A DNA stretch of 64,000 nt from a virus (IMGVR_UViG_3300013126_000031:205-64204); one strand, 5' to 3'. Positions 7,496 through 18,324 are shown, counted from the stretch's first letter. The notes: generated from the letters alone by a model not told the origin. Translations and numbers: made by a program.

Positions 7496-8679
7496 TAAAA
7501 ACTTTTTCTAATTTTAATCAATAAATCGTTAACTAAATCCTTATCAATACTGTTTGGTAAATCAGAGTTATCAAAGATTTCATCCATTCTTGTAATCTCT
7601 TCTTCAGCCATATCAATAAGATTATCTAAATCAACTTCACCACGTCTAATTGATAATAGTTCTTGCGCATCTAGTCTGCGTACAATGATACCTTTACCAG
7701 CACCAATTTCTTGTGCCATTCTGATAAGTCTCATACAATGCATCATGTTTTTACCATCAATCTTTTGACCATGCTCTTGTGTTTCAACATATCTGGTTTC
7801 ATTTCTATTCTCTAACCATTCTTGATACTCTTTGTAATCTTTACAATGCATTGAGTAACCGTCTTTGTTATAAATGATATTACAGATAGGTTTCTCACCT
7901 TTTGGGATACTGGATAGTCTTAATTGGTTAGATTCAGCCATGTTATCACCCTCACCACTCTTTATAAGTCCCTTATAACCAAAACCCATTGAATGACCAT
8001 CTTCTTTTCTCCATGCTATAGAAGCTTCCCTCATGTGTTCTGGGATTTTTTCGTTAAAGCAATTGTTAGCATCATAATCAAAATAAACAGCATATAAATC
8101 TTTAGCATTGGGTACATTTACAACACCACAAAACTTTTCATTATAGATTTTATTATCTGGTGATTCTTTATCCTCATTCCATACTTTCCATGGAATACTC
8201 TTCTCACCTTTAATAACATAAACAAAATCTAAGACATCTTTACGTGTTACTTTATCACGTTCCCAGTTTTGTTTCTTGTTCAGTCCTTTTGCTTTTTTGA
8301 TTTGCTGCACAGCATAACCACCAAATGAGTTTTTACAAATCTTCGTAATAAACTTATCTTTTTGTTCCAATATCAAATCAAACATTGGGTGTTTGGTTAC
8401 AATACAATCCTCTGGAGAGTTAAGCAACTCTAATACAGTAGGGTTGTTAGATGCCATAAGTTCTAAAAAACGTCTGATTTCCCAACCAACATAATCTTTA
8501 TTTACGTTAAGTTGTTCAATGTAACCAGTACCCAAGATATAATCTTCTGGTAGGATATAAACAAATTTCTTGTCAATATCACTTGTTGGTGTTTGAGTAC
8601 CATAGGCTTGTGAACCTACGATAGTTTCAAACAAAATAAGACCATTCTTTTCTAAGTATTCGTGTGTAATCTTTTCCAT
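7486..8679 (-). CDS. nucleotidyltransferase (YcgL/RlaP-like)
   Basis: GSQAYGT..PTSDID, NPTVLELL, KNMMHCMRL, LLSIRRG. Confidence 0.85.
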   Translation of the reverse strand: MEKITHEYLEKNGLILFETIVGSQAYGTQTPTSDIDKKFVYILPEDYILGTGYIEQLNVNKDYVGWEIRRFLELMASNNPTVLELLNSPEDCIVTKHPMFDLILEQKDKFITKICKNSFGGYAVQQIKKAKGLNKKQNWERDKVTRKDVLDFVYVIKGEKSIPWKVWNEDKESPDNKIYNEKFCGVVNVPNAKDLYAVYFDYDANNCFNEKIPEHMREASIAWRKEDGHSMGFGYKGLIKSGEGDNMAESNQLRLSSIPKGEKPICNIIYNKDGYSMHCKDYKEYQEWLENRNETRYVETQEHGQKIDGKNMMHCMRLIRMAQEIGAGKGIIVRRLDAQELLSIRRGEVDLDNLIDMAEEEITRMDEIFDNSDLPNSIDKDLVNDLLIKIRKSFYHL

Positions 8680-8680
8680 A

Positions 8681-9310
8681 TTAATCCCACCATTTTCTAA
8701 TGTTTTCGTCTAACAACTTGAACAATAGTCTTTGGCAACGTTCTTGGTTTTCATGAGCAATCTCCATTGCATAGATTCTTTTGTTTTCAGATTCGTTTTC
8801 ATCTCTTCTAAATCTTTTCAATTCACCACTTACAGCTTTTTTATATTGTCTTGGGTATTTTTTGAAAAATTCATCAAATCTTTCTGATAGTTCTTCAGAC
8901 TTCCATTCATACATTTTTTCTTCACCATGTACTTTATCAATCTCAACAAAATAATTTCTAGACTTGTGATAATCCATGTACTCCATGTTATATGTTTCAT
9001 CTTGAACTTTATCAATCAATCTAACAACTGTCATCATGATTTCAGCATCACGTTTTGCATTCATGTGTATGTCACGACTACCAATATATTTAGCTTGTTT
9101 TTCAATTTTAAATTTCAAAACTTGAAAAATATAAAAATGGTCCCAATCTCTATCTCTCCAAATAACTGGCAACCATTTCCATAAGTTTTTAACACCAGTT
9201 ATGAAAGATTTAGGATAAAACCTAGCATCTTGTAACCACCATTTTATTTTTTCAAAAATTGTTGGTTTATAATTTTCAAAATCAAATTCTATTTCTTTTA
9301 CGTTATCCAT
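8681..9310 (-). CDS. hypothetical phage protein
   Basis: 209-aa ORF. Confidence 0.75.
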   Translation of the reverse strand: MDNVKEIEFDFENYKPTIFEKIKWWLQDARFYPKSFITGVKNLWKWLPVIWRDRDWDHFYIFQVLKFKIEKQAKYIGSRDIHMNAKRDAEIMMTVVRLIDKVQDETYNMEYMDYHKSRNYFVEIDKVHGEEKMYEWKSEELSERFDEFFKKYPRQYKKAVSGELKRFRRDENESENKRIYAMEIAHENQERCQRLLFKLLDENIRKWWD

Positions 9311-9349
9311 TGTTTCTTATTTTATACAAATGTATTATTTTTATTTTAG

Positions 9350-9880
9350 TTATGCAAATTTAATAAAACCTTTTTTTATTAAATCGTGAATATATTTTGA
9401 ATGGTCTATGTTTTTATCGTTTGTATACCCAATTGACATGTGCATTCCAAAATATGGTCTACCTAACCCTAATTCATCTCTAATTGATTGTAACAACCCT
9501 CTTTCTTCATGAGGAATATTTAACCACCAGTGTTCATCGTTTGTTTTAGGGTTCAAATCCAACACAATAGGTATTTGTTTTCCATCCCACTTTTGTTTTA
9601 CAGATTCCCATAACGATTCAACTTCTTCAACAGTCTTTTCACCGTTTTGTGTTAAATCTCTCATACTATCGTTTATAAATGATATGTGAGCACCACGCAA
9701 TGGTTTATTTAACGTTAGGTTGTATCTTTTCTTTATAAACCAAGCATAATATTCAGCAGCATCACCGTCAATGAAAACCATAGCAATTTTCTTCCAACTA
9801 GCTTGATTAGCATGCTTGTTAGTTCTGTTCTCTGGCTCGAACCCAATAGTTCCATATAGCGTTATTCTTTCTTGCATCAT
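9350..9880 (-). CDS. 2H phosphoesterase-like protein
   Basis: two HxS motifs (AHISF, MHMSIG) ~80 aa apart. Confidence 0.6.
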   Translation of the reverse strand: MMQERITLYGTIGFEPENRTNKHANQASWKKIAMVFIDGDAAEYYAWFIKKRYNLTLNKPLRGAHISFINDSMRDLTQNGEKTVEEVESLWESVKQKWDGKQIPIVLDLNPKTNDEHWWLNIPHEERGLLQSIRDELGLGRPYFGMHMSIGYTNDKNIDHSKYIHDLIKKGFIKFA

Positions 9881-9931
9881 TTTACACGGCCCTTAACCCA
9901 ACCTCTTACTATATATTCATCAAGTTCAATA

Positions 9932-10639
9932 TTATAATAATTTTTTATCTTTTAAAAATAACCTTAAAAAAGCATTTGTTTCACCACCTATTTTATCTAA
10001 CCATTGTTTATAATTAGTAGCGTTTCTTTCTTCCAATTGAGATAAAGCTTTCTCAGATGGTTTATTTCTAGAATAAGGTAAAACTTCTGGTACAAAATCT
10101 GGGTATAAGTCACGATTCCAAACTCTTTCATCTACTAAAAAACAAATAGATGTTAAGGAATTATTTAAATCTGGTTCTCTAAATTCAGCAAATAAAACAC
10201 CATTGTTTTTTAATAACTCTCTATTTTTTTGCATAGACCCATAATTATTTGAATCATCATTAGTTGTACCACCATTCAAAATTATAAACGTTTTATCTTT
10301 AGTAGCCCATTTATTATAAAATTCTTCATGTGGTGGTAATTCTCTAACTATTTGTTGATATTCAACGACTGCGTGACCAAACTGTATACCACCATGTATT
10401 GTACCACTTAATTGATAATTACCAAGACCATACATTCTACGTTCTAAGTACAAATCTGTTTTACGTGGTGTAGAATTAGGTTTAACTTTACATAACTCTA
10501 TACGTCTGTAAAATTCTTGTACGTCAATCTTTTCTTCGTAATAAGATTCGGTATAGAAAACCCAATTAGTGTCCCAAGATGATAAATCTAATATTCTCAT
10601 ATTAGCATCTAAACACCATTCATATCCAGTTTTTAACAT
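9932..10639 (-). CDS. PTH2-like peptidyl-tRNA hydrolase domain protein
   Basis: GIQFGHA...IILNGG...FREPDLNNSLTSICF. Confidence 0.6.
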   Translation of the reverse strand: MLKTGYEWCLDANMRILDLSSWDTNWVFYTESYYEEKIDVQEFYRRIELCKVKPNSTPRKTDLYLERRMYGLGNYQLSGTIHGGIQFGHAVVEYQQIVRELPPHEEFYNKWATKDKTFIILNGGTTNDDSNNYGSMQKNRELLKNNGVLFAEFREPDLNNSLTSICFLVDERVWNRDLYPDFVPEVLPYSRNKPSEKALSQLEERNATNYKQWLDKIGGETNAFLRLFLKDKKLL

Positions 10640-10938
10640 ACTTCTAATTTTTCATGATTTTTAATACCTTCACGATACCCATTCATCACTAATGCAGAAT
10701 AAAATACATCTCTAAATTCATTAAAATCTTCCACTAAAAGTGCACCACCATCCATAACTCCAGTACCATCTTTGAAAAGTTTAATGGTGAATTGCCATAT
10801 TGTGTCACAACATAACCCATATTGGTTACCAAAAATTTTTTCGTCTAAAGCATACATACTATAGTTTTTTTCTTCACTTGTTTTAACATAACCCAATGTT
10901 TCCAAGCGGTTTCCCGTAATTTTTAAAATTTTACTCAT
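10633..10938 (-). CDS. hypothetical protein
   Basis: ORF in operon. Confidence 0.6.
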   Translation of the reverse strand: MSKILKITGNRLETLGYVKTSEEKNYSMYALDEKIFGNQYGLCCDTIWQFTIKLFKDGTGVMDGGALLVEDFNEFRDVFYSALVMNGYREGIKNHEKLEVC

Positions 10939-10964
10939 AATTCACTTTTTTTTATTTTACTTTA

Positions 10965-12272
10965 TTAATTTCCAATTTCAATTAAATGTGATACAGTACA
11001 TTGTGCAGAATTATATACTATATATTCGTTATTTCTTAGGTCAGCACCACCTTTGGCAAACACACTGTCAAACCCTTCACTATCCAACACTTTCTTAGAT
11101 AATCTGTAACAGCTTGAGTCATGATGTAATATTTCTTTTTGTTTACCTAAATGTACATCAAACAATGCCAAAAATGCTTTGTTATCACCACCATGAGCCC
11201 AATAAGACCCTCTTAACGATGTGTAACCGATAGATTTCTGTGCTTTATCAGCAAAGTAGATACCATCACCAAACATTGACCCAGTATGTACCGCACCAGA
11301 TGGTCTAATAAGCAAACCAGTTTGTAAAATGTTAAACCAGTTCTCATTTCTAGACCCATGCCAGTAAAGTCGTTTCTTTTTAACTTCAACTTTAGCCATG
11401 TGTTTATCAAATATTTTCTGTGTTTTGTTATTAACAACTTTAAATACACGTTTCATTTGACCAACATTTGACCCAATCAATTTCTTGATAAGTTCTAATG
11501 TTTCTGTATTGTTTTCAACTTCGATAGATAATCCCATTTGGTCTAAGATGGTCACTTCGCTAACTTCTTCTTTTTTACCTTCAGCTTTAGCCTCAGCAGC
11601 TTTTCTAGCAGCTTCTCGTTGTTGTTTCAATAACTCAACTTGTCCAGCCATCGTATCTAACGCTGATTGCTCATTGTCGATTAATCTCTGAGCCAATGAT
11701 AATGTACCATCGTCTTTGATTTCTCTAAACAAGTGGTCTTTAACATTATCCATTCTTCTAGGGATAACCGTATAAAGTTTCAATAACATATCGTTGATAT
11801 GTTTGATATCTACACCAATCGCAATCAAACCACTAATGTTACTAATGATTTCTTGTGCAGCAGTAACTTGCTGCTCAGATACCGCTTCTTGTGTTACCTT
11901 ATAGTTTCTTTGGATTGACTTGTTAGCAAATGACATTAATTCATCAACCAATTTTCTAACAATCTCATCTTTAATATTTGCAACTTTGTTATCAACTGGT
12001 TTTGATTCATCAACAACTGGTTCGGCCAACAAATCAGTAACATCAGTATAACCTTTTGTTTTAGATAACTTCTGTTTCAAAACGCTATCCCATTTAGAGC
12101 TAGGTTTGTATTCAGTCACCAATGACTTACCAACACGACCATATTCACATTTGATACGACCATCTGGTAATTCTTCCATAATATATACTTTGTTACTATT
12201 GCTAGTCAACCCGTTGTCTACTGATACGTGTATCAATTTAGCGTATCTTAATCCATTTTCTTTAACAATCAT
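10965..12272 (-). CDS. PARP-family ADP-ribosyltransferase with WGR-like domain
   Basis: YGRVG (WGR), LYTVIP helical region, WHGS / MFGDGIYFAD..KS.GY / NEYIVY (H-Y-E triad). Confidence 0.92.
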   Translation of the reverse strand: MIVKENGLRYAKLIHVSVDNGLTSNSNKVYIMEELPDGRIKCEYGRVGKSLVTEYKPSSKWDSVLKQKLSKTKGYTDVTDLLAEPVVDESKPVDNKVANIKDEIVRKLVDELMSFANKSIQRNYKVTQEAVSEQQVTAAQEIISNISGLIAIGVDIKHINDMLLKLYTVIPRRMDNVKDHLFREIKDDGTLSLAQRLIDNEQSALDTMAGQVELLKQQREAARKAAEAKAEGKKEEVSEVTILDQMGLSIEVENNTETLELIKKLIGSNVGQMKRVFKVVNNKTQKIFDKHMAKVEVKKKRLYWHGSRNENWFNILQTGLLIRPSGAVHTGSMFGDGIYFADKAQKSIGYTSLRGSYWAHGGDNKAFLALFDVHLGKQKEILHHDSSCYRLSKKVLDSEGFDSVFAKGGADLRNNEYIVYNSAQCTVSHLIEIGN

Positions 12273-12330
12273 AATAAAACCTTTAATACATTACAAATGT
12301 AATAAGTATTTTTTTATAAAACAAATATTT

Positions 12331-12822
12331 TTAGAATAAATCTTCCATTTCTTTTGGAACATCGTCCACTATGTGTCTTTTCCACCAGTTTTTGAACTTT
12401 CTTTTTGTGTTTTCTTTAAAGAAATAGAACCACATATCTAAATCAGAAATTTTTCTACCTAACCATGTGTAATCTGGGTAACCATCTTCATCATAGTCAT
12501 ATTCTGCACACGGATATGGTCTACCACGCTCATCCAAATATTGCCAATAACCATCTTCTTCTTTGGTTATTTTATCAATATATTCATCACCTTCGTGCTC
12601 AATCCATCGCCAATCCTTACCTTCAATACCTTCTGGTTCATCAATAGGAAGACCTTCTTGTGGTTTACCATAGTGCCAATTACATGAACAACCAATATCT
12701 TCTGGTGAAGATATACAATCATCACAGATATAAGGGTTAGAACCATCAGCATAACCAGCCATGTACAACCAAACCGCTACGTTTCCGCAGTCACATTTCT
12801 TTTTACCACGTTCTAGTATCAT
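12331..12822 (-). CDS. Cys-rich hypothetical protein
   Basis: CDCG, CDDC, GCSC. Confidence 0.7.
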   Translation of the reverse strand: MILERGKKKCDCGNVAVWLYMAGYADGSNPYICDDCISSPEDIGCSCNWHYGKPQEGLPIDEPEGIEGKDWRWIEHEGDEYIDKITKEEDGYWQYLDERGRPYPCAEYDYDEDGYPDYTWLGRKISDLDMWFYFFKENTKRKFKNWWKRHIVDDVPKEMEDLF

Positions 12823-13003
12823 CTACGAATAAATCTTTATTGTTATTAATAAAATTAACAAATAATTGTTGCATTTCAAAAGGTAGTGGGAATCCACCCA
12901 TGTAGACAACTCCCATTACCATTTCTAATTCTTGTCCAGCTTTTAGTTCAATACCATTAGCAACGACAACATCTTTTTTAAGTCTATAAACTAGTCCGTT
13001 CAT
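12803..13003 (-). CDS. hypothetical protein
   Basis: overlapping-operon ORF. Confidence 0.6.
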   Translation of the reverse strand: MNGLVYRLKKDVVVANGIELKAGQELEMVMGVVYMGGFPLPFEMQQLFVNFINNNKDLFVDDTRTW

Positions 13004-13424
13004 CTTTAATCAATTTAATATTTGCTTTTATATAAGCTAATTCTGGTGTTTCAAAAATATTAGCTTTTTGAAACTTTTTCAATGTAGTGTTTTCTTTTTT
13101 TGTTACTAAGTTCCATAAACCATATTTAGTATAATATAACTCAGTAAATTCTGCTAGACTATTTGGTGGTGTTTCCAATAATAATCTAGCAGATATTTTT
13201 CTAGGAAATTGATGTTCTTTAACTAATTTATTATAAGGTTCCAATAATCCATTTTCTGAAATCAAACCAGTGTATGTTTTTTTTGTTATTGGAAGATAAT
13301 AAATACCAGCTCCAACAATAGTTTCAATGAATGATTTACCATAAACATCAGCTTCATCCCATTGTTTTTTTAAATTTAATATAGCATTATATAATTCATT
13401 AAATTTAACTAGATTTTTATCCAT
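12984..13424 (-). CDS. hypothetical protein, possible His-Me nuclease fold
   Basis: EHQFPR...NLVTKKEN. Confidence 0.55.
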   Translation of the reverse strand: MDKNLVKFNELYNAILNLKKQWDEADVYGKSFIETIVGAGIYYLPITKKTYTGLISENGLLEPYNKLVKEHQFPRKISARLLLETPPNSLAEFTELYYTKYGLWNLVTKKENTTLKKFQKANIFETPELAYIKANIKLIKDERTSL

Positions 13425-13425
13425 A

Positions 13426-13890
13426 TTAAGCCATTTTAAAGAACATTTCTCTTACTTTTGCAGAAATGTATTTATTTATTTCTTTTGGTTCCAATTGGTT
13501 CTCAACCAATGTATCCATTTCTTCTTTGATAACATCGTTAACAACCCATCTAATAACCTCACCCATTTTTTTAACATCAATAGGTTCGCTATTAGGGAAT
13601 ACATTCTCCAAAGCTTGATTAAATCTACTTTCAGATACAGCATAGTCAACAAACTCTTTGATAGAGTTCAATTTCTCAACATCAACAGCTGCTAATGTTT
13701 TTACTTTAGATGAACTATGTTTCTCACCTTTTACTTTGAAACGGTGAACAACACCTTTTACTTCAGCAGTCCATACAATACCCTCACCAATCATACTAAT
13801 TTCAACATTAACATCTTCATTTAATTCAGAAACTACTTTATCTTCATTTCCAAATTCTTTTAATTTAATAATATATTCCATTTTATTCAT
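13426..13890 (-). CDS. Rnl2-like RNA ligase, C-terminal fragment
   Basis: motif IV GEGIVW and motif V FKVKGEKH after a 33-aa unrelated N-terminal segment. Confidence 0.8.
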   Translation of the reverse strand: MNKMEYIIKLKEFGNEDKVVSELNEDVNVEISMIGEGIVWTAEVKGVVHRFKVKGEKHSSSKVKTLAAVDVEKLNSIKEFVDYAVSESRFNQALENVFPNSEPIDVKKMGEVIRWVVNDVIKEEMDTLVENQLEPKEINKYISAKVREMFFKMA

Positions 13891-14842
13891 CTAAACATTT
13901 TACTTTCCAACCATTAGTTGATTTATTTTTACTTTTTAATTTAAAATTAATAACACCATCAATTATATTTTCTTTTCTAGGGTATTGTAACCCATTTTTA
14001 TTAAAAAATTCTCTGAAATTAAACGTTTTATATGTTTTACCATCTAAATCAGTTATTATCCATCTTTTGGATGTAGTGCTACCAAACTCACCATTTTTTA
14101 ACCTAATATCATCTTTGTGTATTCTATGAAAATTACCATCCCAATCTTTAGCTGTAATAAATCCAATTCTTATTTCAGATAATTTATTTTTTAGTTCAGC
14201 ACTATGTTTTCTACCTTTATTATGGTGTTTGTATTTGTCTTTATTATTATTAAACTCTTCTTTAGTTATCATTTTTTTATTATTAGTTTCTAATTCTATA
14301 ACTGAAACTAAACCAACTGTATGTCCAGAAAGGTTTATATCAGAATCAAAAACTTCTTTAGAAACTCTAACTTTTTCATTTGTTAATACATTAATAGCGA
14401 CAACTTCATTGGTTTTACCATACATTGGATTGTCTTCACCATACATAGGGGTCAATTTATGATATTTACCTTTTTCATGGTTGTCTTTAGCTATTTTTGA
14501 TAACATTGTTTTGTGTTCATCTGTAATCATCATACCAAAAAAACCATTTATATTAGCTAAAGATTCATTCATATACTCATTTGACTTAACAACATTTCGT
14601 TCTTTTTGAACCCTCAATTCTTCAGCTAAAGCATCTTGTCTAGTTCCATGATAACTTAATATTTCCGATTTAAAAAGTTCTCTATTGTTTTTAACTTCTA
14701 TCTCAAAAATACTTTTCCATCTTTTAGATTTAACACTACCTAAATAACCTTTATTAATTTTTTCCATACTAGTAGACCCAATATAATATTTTGGTAACTT
14801 ATTACCGCTATATGTAACTAAATAAACAACATATTTTCCCAT
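13883..14842 (-). mobile_element. free-standing GIY-YIG (Seg-like) homing endonuclease splitting the Rnl2 gene
   Basis: VVY...YYIGS...YLGS, NUMOD-like NPMYGK and HSAELKNKLSE. Confidence 0.8.
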
Positions 14843-14891
14843 AATTAAACTATTTATTAATAAATATCTAGGTATTGTATGGAAAGACAAA

Positions 14892-15734
14892 CTATTTTAA
14901 AGAAAATTTAATAAAATTAACACCATTAGGACTTTTAAGACGTTTTTCTTTGAAAATAGATTTTAATTTATCTTTAATCGGGTTGGTAAAATTGGGTAAT
15001 GATTCATTTTCAAACCAAATATTTCCATTTTCATCTTCATATGCAGTATTGTTTTCTAAAACAGAGAAACCAAAATGTTTAGCAACTGGACATTCTTCCT
15101 CAACAGCAATAGTCAATTCAGATAACTGATTTTGTACCAATTGTGGCATGTTAAAATCGATATCGATTGAGTGTGTAGAAAAGTCATCGATATTGTAAAT
15201 TTTAGCATCATTATCCTTCAAATAAGAATAATCAACCCAATATGCTGGATTAGCTTTCAATTCTTCTTCAGTTTCAGTGTGTGGTGTAATTTTAACACCA
15301 AAAATAAAGAATGATTTAGGTAAGTTAGTAACACCAACACCTTTTTGAATATTAGCACCAGCCCACTCACCGTAAATGGTGATTGTATTTTTATGCGTGT
15401 CGATATTTTCATTTACCGCCACATCATGAAATAATCTCATGAATTCAACTTCATGTGAATGAGCAAAAAATGCAAACCCAGCATTATCTTTTTCTGGTGT
15501 GATGATATTCTCACGTGATTGAGCCCACATACCAGATGGCGCATTATATGAAACAGCAGCGTTAGTACCATGTATTTTCACAGTACCTTTGAATGCAATC
15601 GTTGGTTTTGGTAACGTTGGGTCATAGATTGCTTCTCCGTTATCATCTAAACCAACAAAATTATAATGTCTATTGATATTAGAAATTACTGTTCTAAATT
15701 GTTCAATAGATGGAAATTTAATCATTTTTTTCAT
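14892..15734 (-). CDS. Rnl2-like RNA ligase, N-terminal fragment
   Basis: motif I KIHGTN, QSR, YGEW; ends in a 56-aa unrelated tail after CPVAKHFGFS. Confidence 0.82.
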   Translation of the reverse strand: MKKMIKFPSIEQFRTVISNINRHYNFVGLDDNGEAIYDPTLPKPTIAFKGTVKIHGTNAAVSYNAPSGMWAQSRENIITPEKDNAGFAFFAHSHEVEFMRLFHDVAVNENIDTHKNTITIYGEWAGANIQKGVGVTNLPKSFFIFGVKITPHTETEEELKANPAYWVDYSYLKDNDAKIYNIDDFSTHSIDIDFNMPQLVQNQLSELTIAVEEECPVAKHFGFSVLENNTAYEDENGNIWFENESLPNFTNPIKDKLKSIFKEKRLKSPNGVNFIKFSLK

Positions 15735-15743
15735 TTTTTTATT

Positions 15744-17138
15744 TTAAACAGTTAAACCTATTGCTGCATTTTGTATTTCAATACACTCGTCAAGTGAGTT
15801 AGCTTCTGATTTGTCATCTCTAAAGTGTTTAAACGCTGGATATAACAACGAGTAAGCACCAGTATGGTCAAAAGATAACCCAGAACACTTAACTTCAATA
15901 ATTGTACCTAATAACTTATCTTGATTTTCTGTAATTTCAGTCATAAGTGCTTCAGTTAACCCTTGTGGTCTTGTTTTTAACTTACCACATGATGTTTCAG
16001 CATTAAAAGAACTGATTACATTCTCGTTTTTCGTACCTTTAGTACCATAATTAAACCCAGTTATAACCAAATCCAATGTTAATTCCAACTTCATCTTGAT
16101 TTGATGTGTTGGTTTACCATCTTTCCATTCACCATCGTAAGCTTTTAAGATAGTCCCTTCTTCACCACGACCCAAAATCTCTTGGAAATGGTTCATAGCT
16201 TCTTCATATGTGTTAACAACCGTACCCTCTACGATAGATACACGTGTTACATCGATTGCTTTTAACGCTCTGTTTAATTCAATAGCACGTTTGCTGTATG
16301 GTACAGTAGATTTAGCATCAAAATACTCATCAACACTAATTCTATCCCATACTGTATATCGTATTTTAGATAAAGCTTCATCAAAATCACCATGTTTTTC
16401 AACAAACGCTGATAATTTCTTTTCGTTTTCCTTATCAGTACGACTATCTCTCTTACCACAGATGTCAATTATAGATGCAATAATACCGTTTGACTCATAA
16501 CGTGGTATACCATCCATTGTTAACTCACCATTTAAGACACAATCCTCTAGTTGTGCAAGTTCTTCAGCAAATTTAGCACCAGTCACAATAGTAGGTTCAC
16601 CTTGTCTTGACTCCAATTCAACCTCACCATTTCTAATAACAGCGTTACAGTAACGACCATCCATTTTTACTTGTGATATACCTTTACCACCTTTTTCAAA
16701 AATCTTACGTGCTTTTTTCTCATCAAATGATACAGCACCCATGTATGGTGTTTCTTCAATCAACCCTTTAAATAGTTTGTTGATAAAAGTTGTACCCATA
16801 CCAATTTTACAATCTTTATCGATAATACGTTCAATGATATACGCATCATCAGCAGATACATTCTCTAACCAAATTGTTAACTTATCAATTGCATTCTGAC
16901 CAGTAATATCACGGTTTGCAATTTCCATAAGCATACCCAACGCTTGTTCCAATGTCCAAGACACTTCATTATGTGTGTATTCTGGTACTCGTTTGATGTA
17001 AAACTTAACTCGTTTAGAGTTAGCCATATAAAGTACTCGTCTTAACAACTCATTGTCAGTGTATTTCTTTAATACATCAATCTTAGCATTGTTACCACTT
17101 GTTGATGCAATTTCGTCAAAGATTTCTTTAATTGTCAT
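15744..17138 (-). CDS. ATP-dependent DNA ligase
   Basis: KMDGR, LNGEL, EGTILK, KMK motifs, OB-fold C-terminus. Confidence 0.93.
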   Translation of the reverse strand: MTIKEIFDEIASTSGNNAKIDVLKKYTDNELLRRVLYMANSKRVKFYIKRVPEYTHNEVSWTLEQALGMLMEIANRDITGQNAIDKLTIWLENVSADDAYIIERIIDKDCKIGMGTTFINKLFKGLIEETPYMGAVSFDEKKARKIFEKGGKGISQVKMDGRYCNAVIRNGEVELESRQGEPTIVTGAKFAEELAQLEDCVLNGELTMDGIPRYESNGIIASIIDICGKRDSRTDKENEKKLSAFVEKHGDFDEALSKIRYTVWDRISVDEYFDAKSTVPYSKRAIELNRALKAIDVTRVSIVEGTVVNTYEEAMNHFQEILGRGEEGTILKAYDGEWKDGKPTHQIKMKLELTLDLVITGFNYGTKGTKNENVISSFNAETSCGKLKTRPQGLTEALMTEITENQDKLLGTIIEVKCSGLSFDHTGAYSLLYPAFKHFRDDKSEANSLDECIEIQNAAIGLTV

Positions 17139-17171
17139 ATGTTTTTAATTTTATAATACAAATGTATAAAA

Positions 17172-17681
17172 TTAATTTGATTCCACCAAATTTATTTTCA
17201 ATAATTTTTCTAAATGTTCCCACAATTTGTGTGCTGAAACGGGAGTGCTCAAATACAAAGCACCCTTAAACTCTTGATATTCTTTAGCATACATATCAAT
17301 TTTACCACCATGTTCAATGTTAGCAATTCTATCAGCTAACTTTAAAATAACAGCATCTGGATTACTAGCAGTCTTTGGAAGGGTTTTTGATTTCTTCTCT
17401 TTACGGTTTCTACCTAACTCATCGGTTACACAATAAACCATTTCGGCAATTTCCTCACCAAAATGTCTTTTCACATCATTGTAACTTAATCCAGTATCCT
17501 CTAGGATATCATGTAAATAACCAGCTATAATGAATTTACCAGAATAACCGAATCTTTTTAATACATCAACAACATCATCCAAATGTTTTTCGTATGGAAA
17601 CACTTCATCATACGTTTGTGAAGAATGAGCTCTCTTGGCTACCATTCTTGCTTCTCTGTAATTCTTCTCACTATAAGTCAT
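17172..17681 (-). CDS. HD-domain (p)ppGpp hydrolase-like (SAH/Mesh1)
   Basis: AH..Q, PY..H, LHDILEDT, VTD, KLADRIAN. Confidence 0.88.
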   Translation of the reverse strand: MTYSEKNYREARMVAKRAHSSQTYDEVFPYEKHLDDVVDVLKRFGYSGKFIIAGYLHDILEDTGLSYNDVKRHFGEEIAEMVYCVTDELGRNRKEKKSKTLPKTASNPDAVILKLADRIANIEHGGKIDMYAKEYQEFKGALYLSTPVSAHKLWEHLEKLLKINLVESN

Positions 17682-18046
17682 AACTCTTTTTTTCTTTTTT
17701 CTTCGTGTGTATCACACAATGTTTTTATCCAACCACCATCTCTACGTTCACCTTTCTCACCACAAACTTCACATATCTCATATGATAATCTTTCGTATGT
17801 TAATATTACTTCTTGCATCTCTGGTGTCGGTTCTTTTATGTAGAAATTAAGTCCACCAAACTTCTCTTTTGACAAATACATGTGTCTATCCCATCCCAAT
17901 GATATAAGTTCATCTATGAGGTTCTTTAATAGCTGAAACCAACCCTCACCAACACCAAACACATATGGGTTAGTGCGGTTGACACCTCTCCAACTATAAA
18001 CACCACCAATCGATACTAGATATTCTTCAAATTGTTCTTTATTCAT
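17678..18046 (-). CDS. hypothetical phage protein
   Basis: KEKFGGL, CEVCG...TLC. Confidence 0.75.
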   Translation of the reverse strand: MNKEQFEEYLVSIGGVYSWRGVNRTNPYVFGVGEGWFQLLKNLIDELISLGWDRHMYLSKEKFGGLNFYIKEPTPEMQEVILTYERLSYEICEVCGEKGERRDGGWIKTLCDTHEEKRKKEL

Positions 18047-18324
18047 TTTTTACTTTCTTTTAATATTCCCCAATAAGTCCCCAAAGTTCCCCCTATCAAA
18101 TAAGCTAATATGGGTAAAAATTCACCATGCATAATAGAATTACCACCGATAGACATAGAAACCAACCAAGCTAACCCAATACCATTGCCACTTATAATTG
18201 CTGGTAGTATTCTTCTTTCAGATGTGTAAATAACATTGATTGTTCTCAAATATATAAACACTATCTGACTAACTAATACCACCAACGCAGATAAATAAGG
18301 GTTAGATAAAATATAATTCATCAT
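18043..18324 (-). CDS. small membrane protein
   Basis: three hydrophobic segments. Confidence 0.65.
   Translation of the reverse strand: MMNYILSNPYLSALVVLVSQIVFIYLRTINVIYTSERRILPAIISGNGIGLAWLVSMSIGGNSIMHGEFLPILAYLIGGTLGTYWGILKESKK

Noticed and set aside
13883-15062. Split intein or group I intron in Rnl2
   Set aside because: No Cys/Ser1 or HN-C/S/T junction, and no non-coding space for an intron core.
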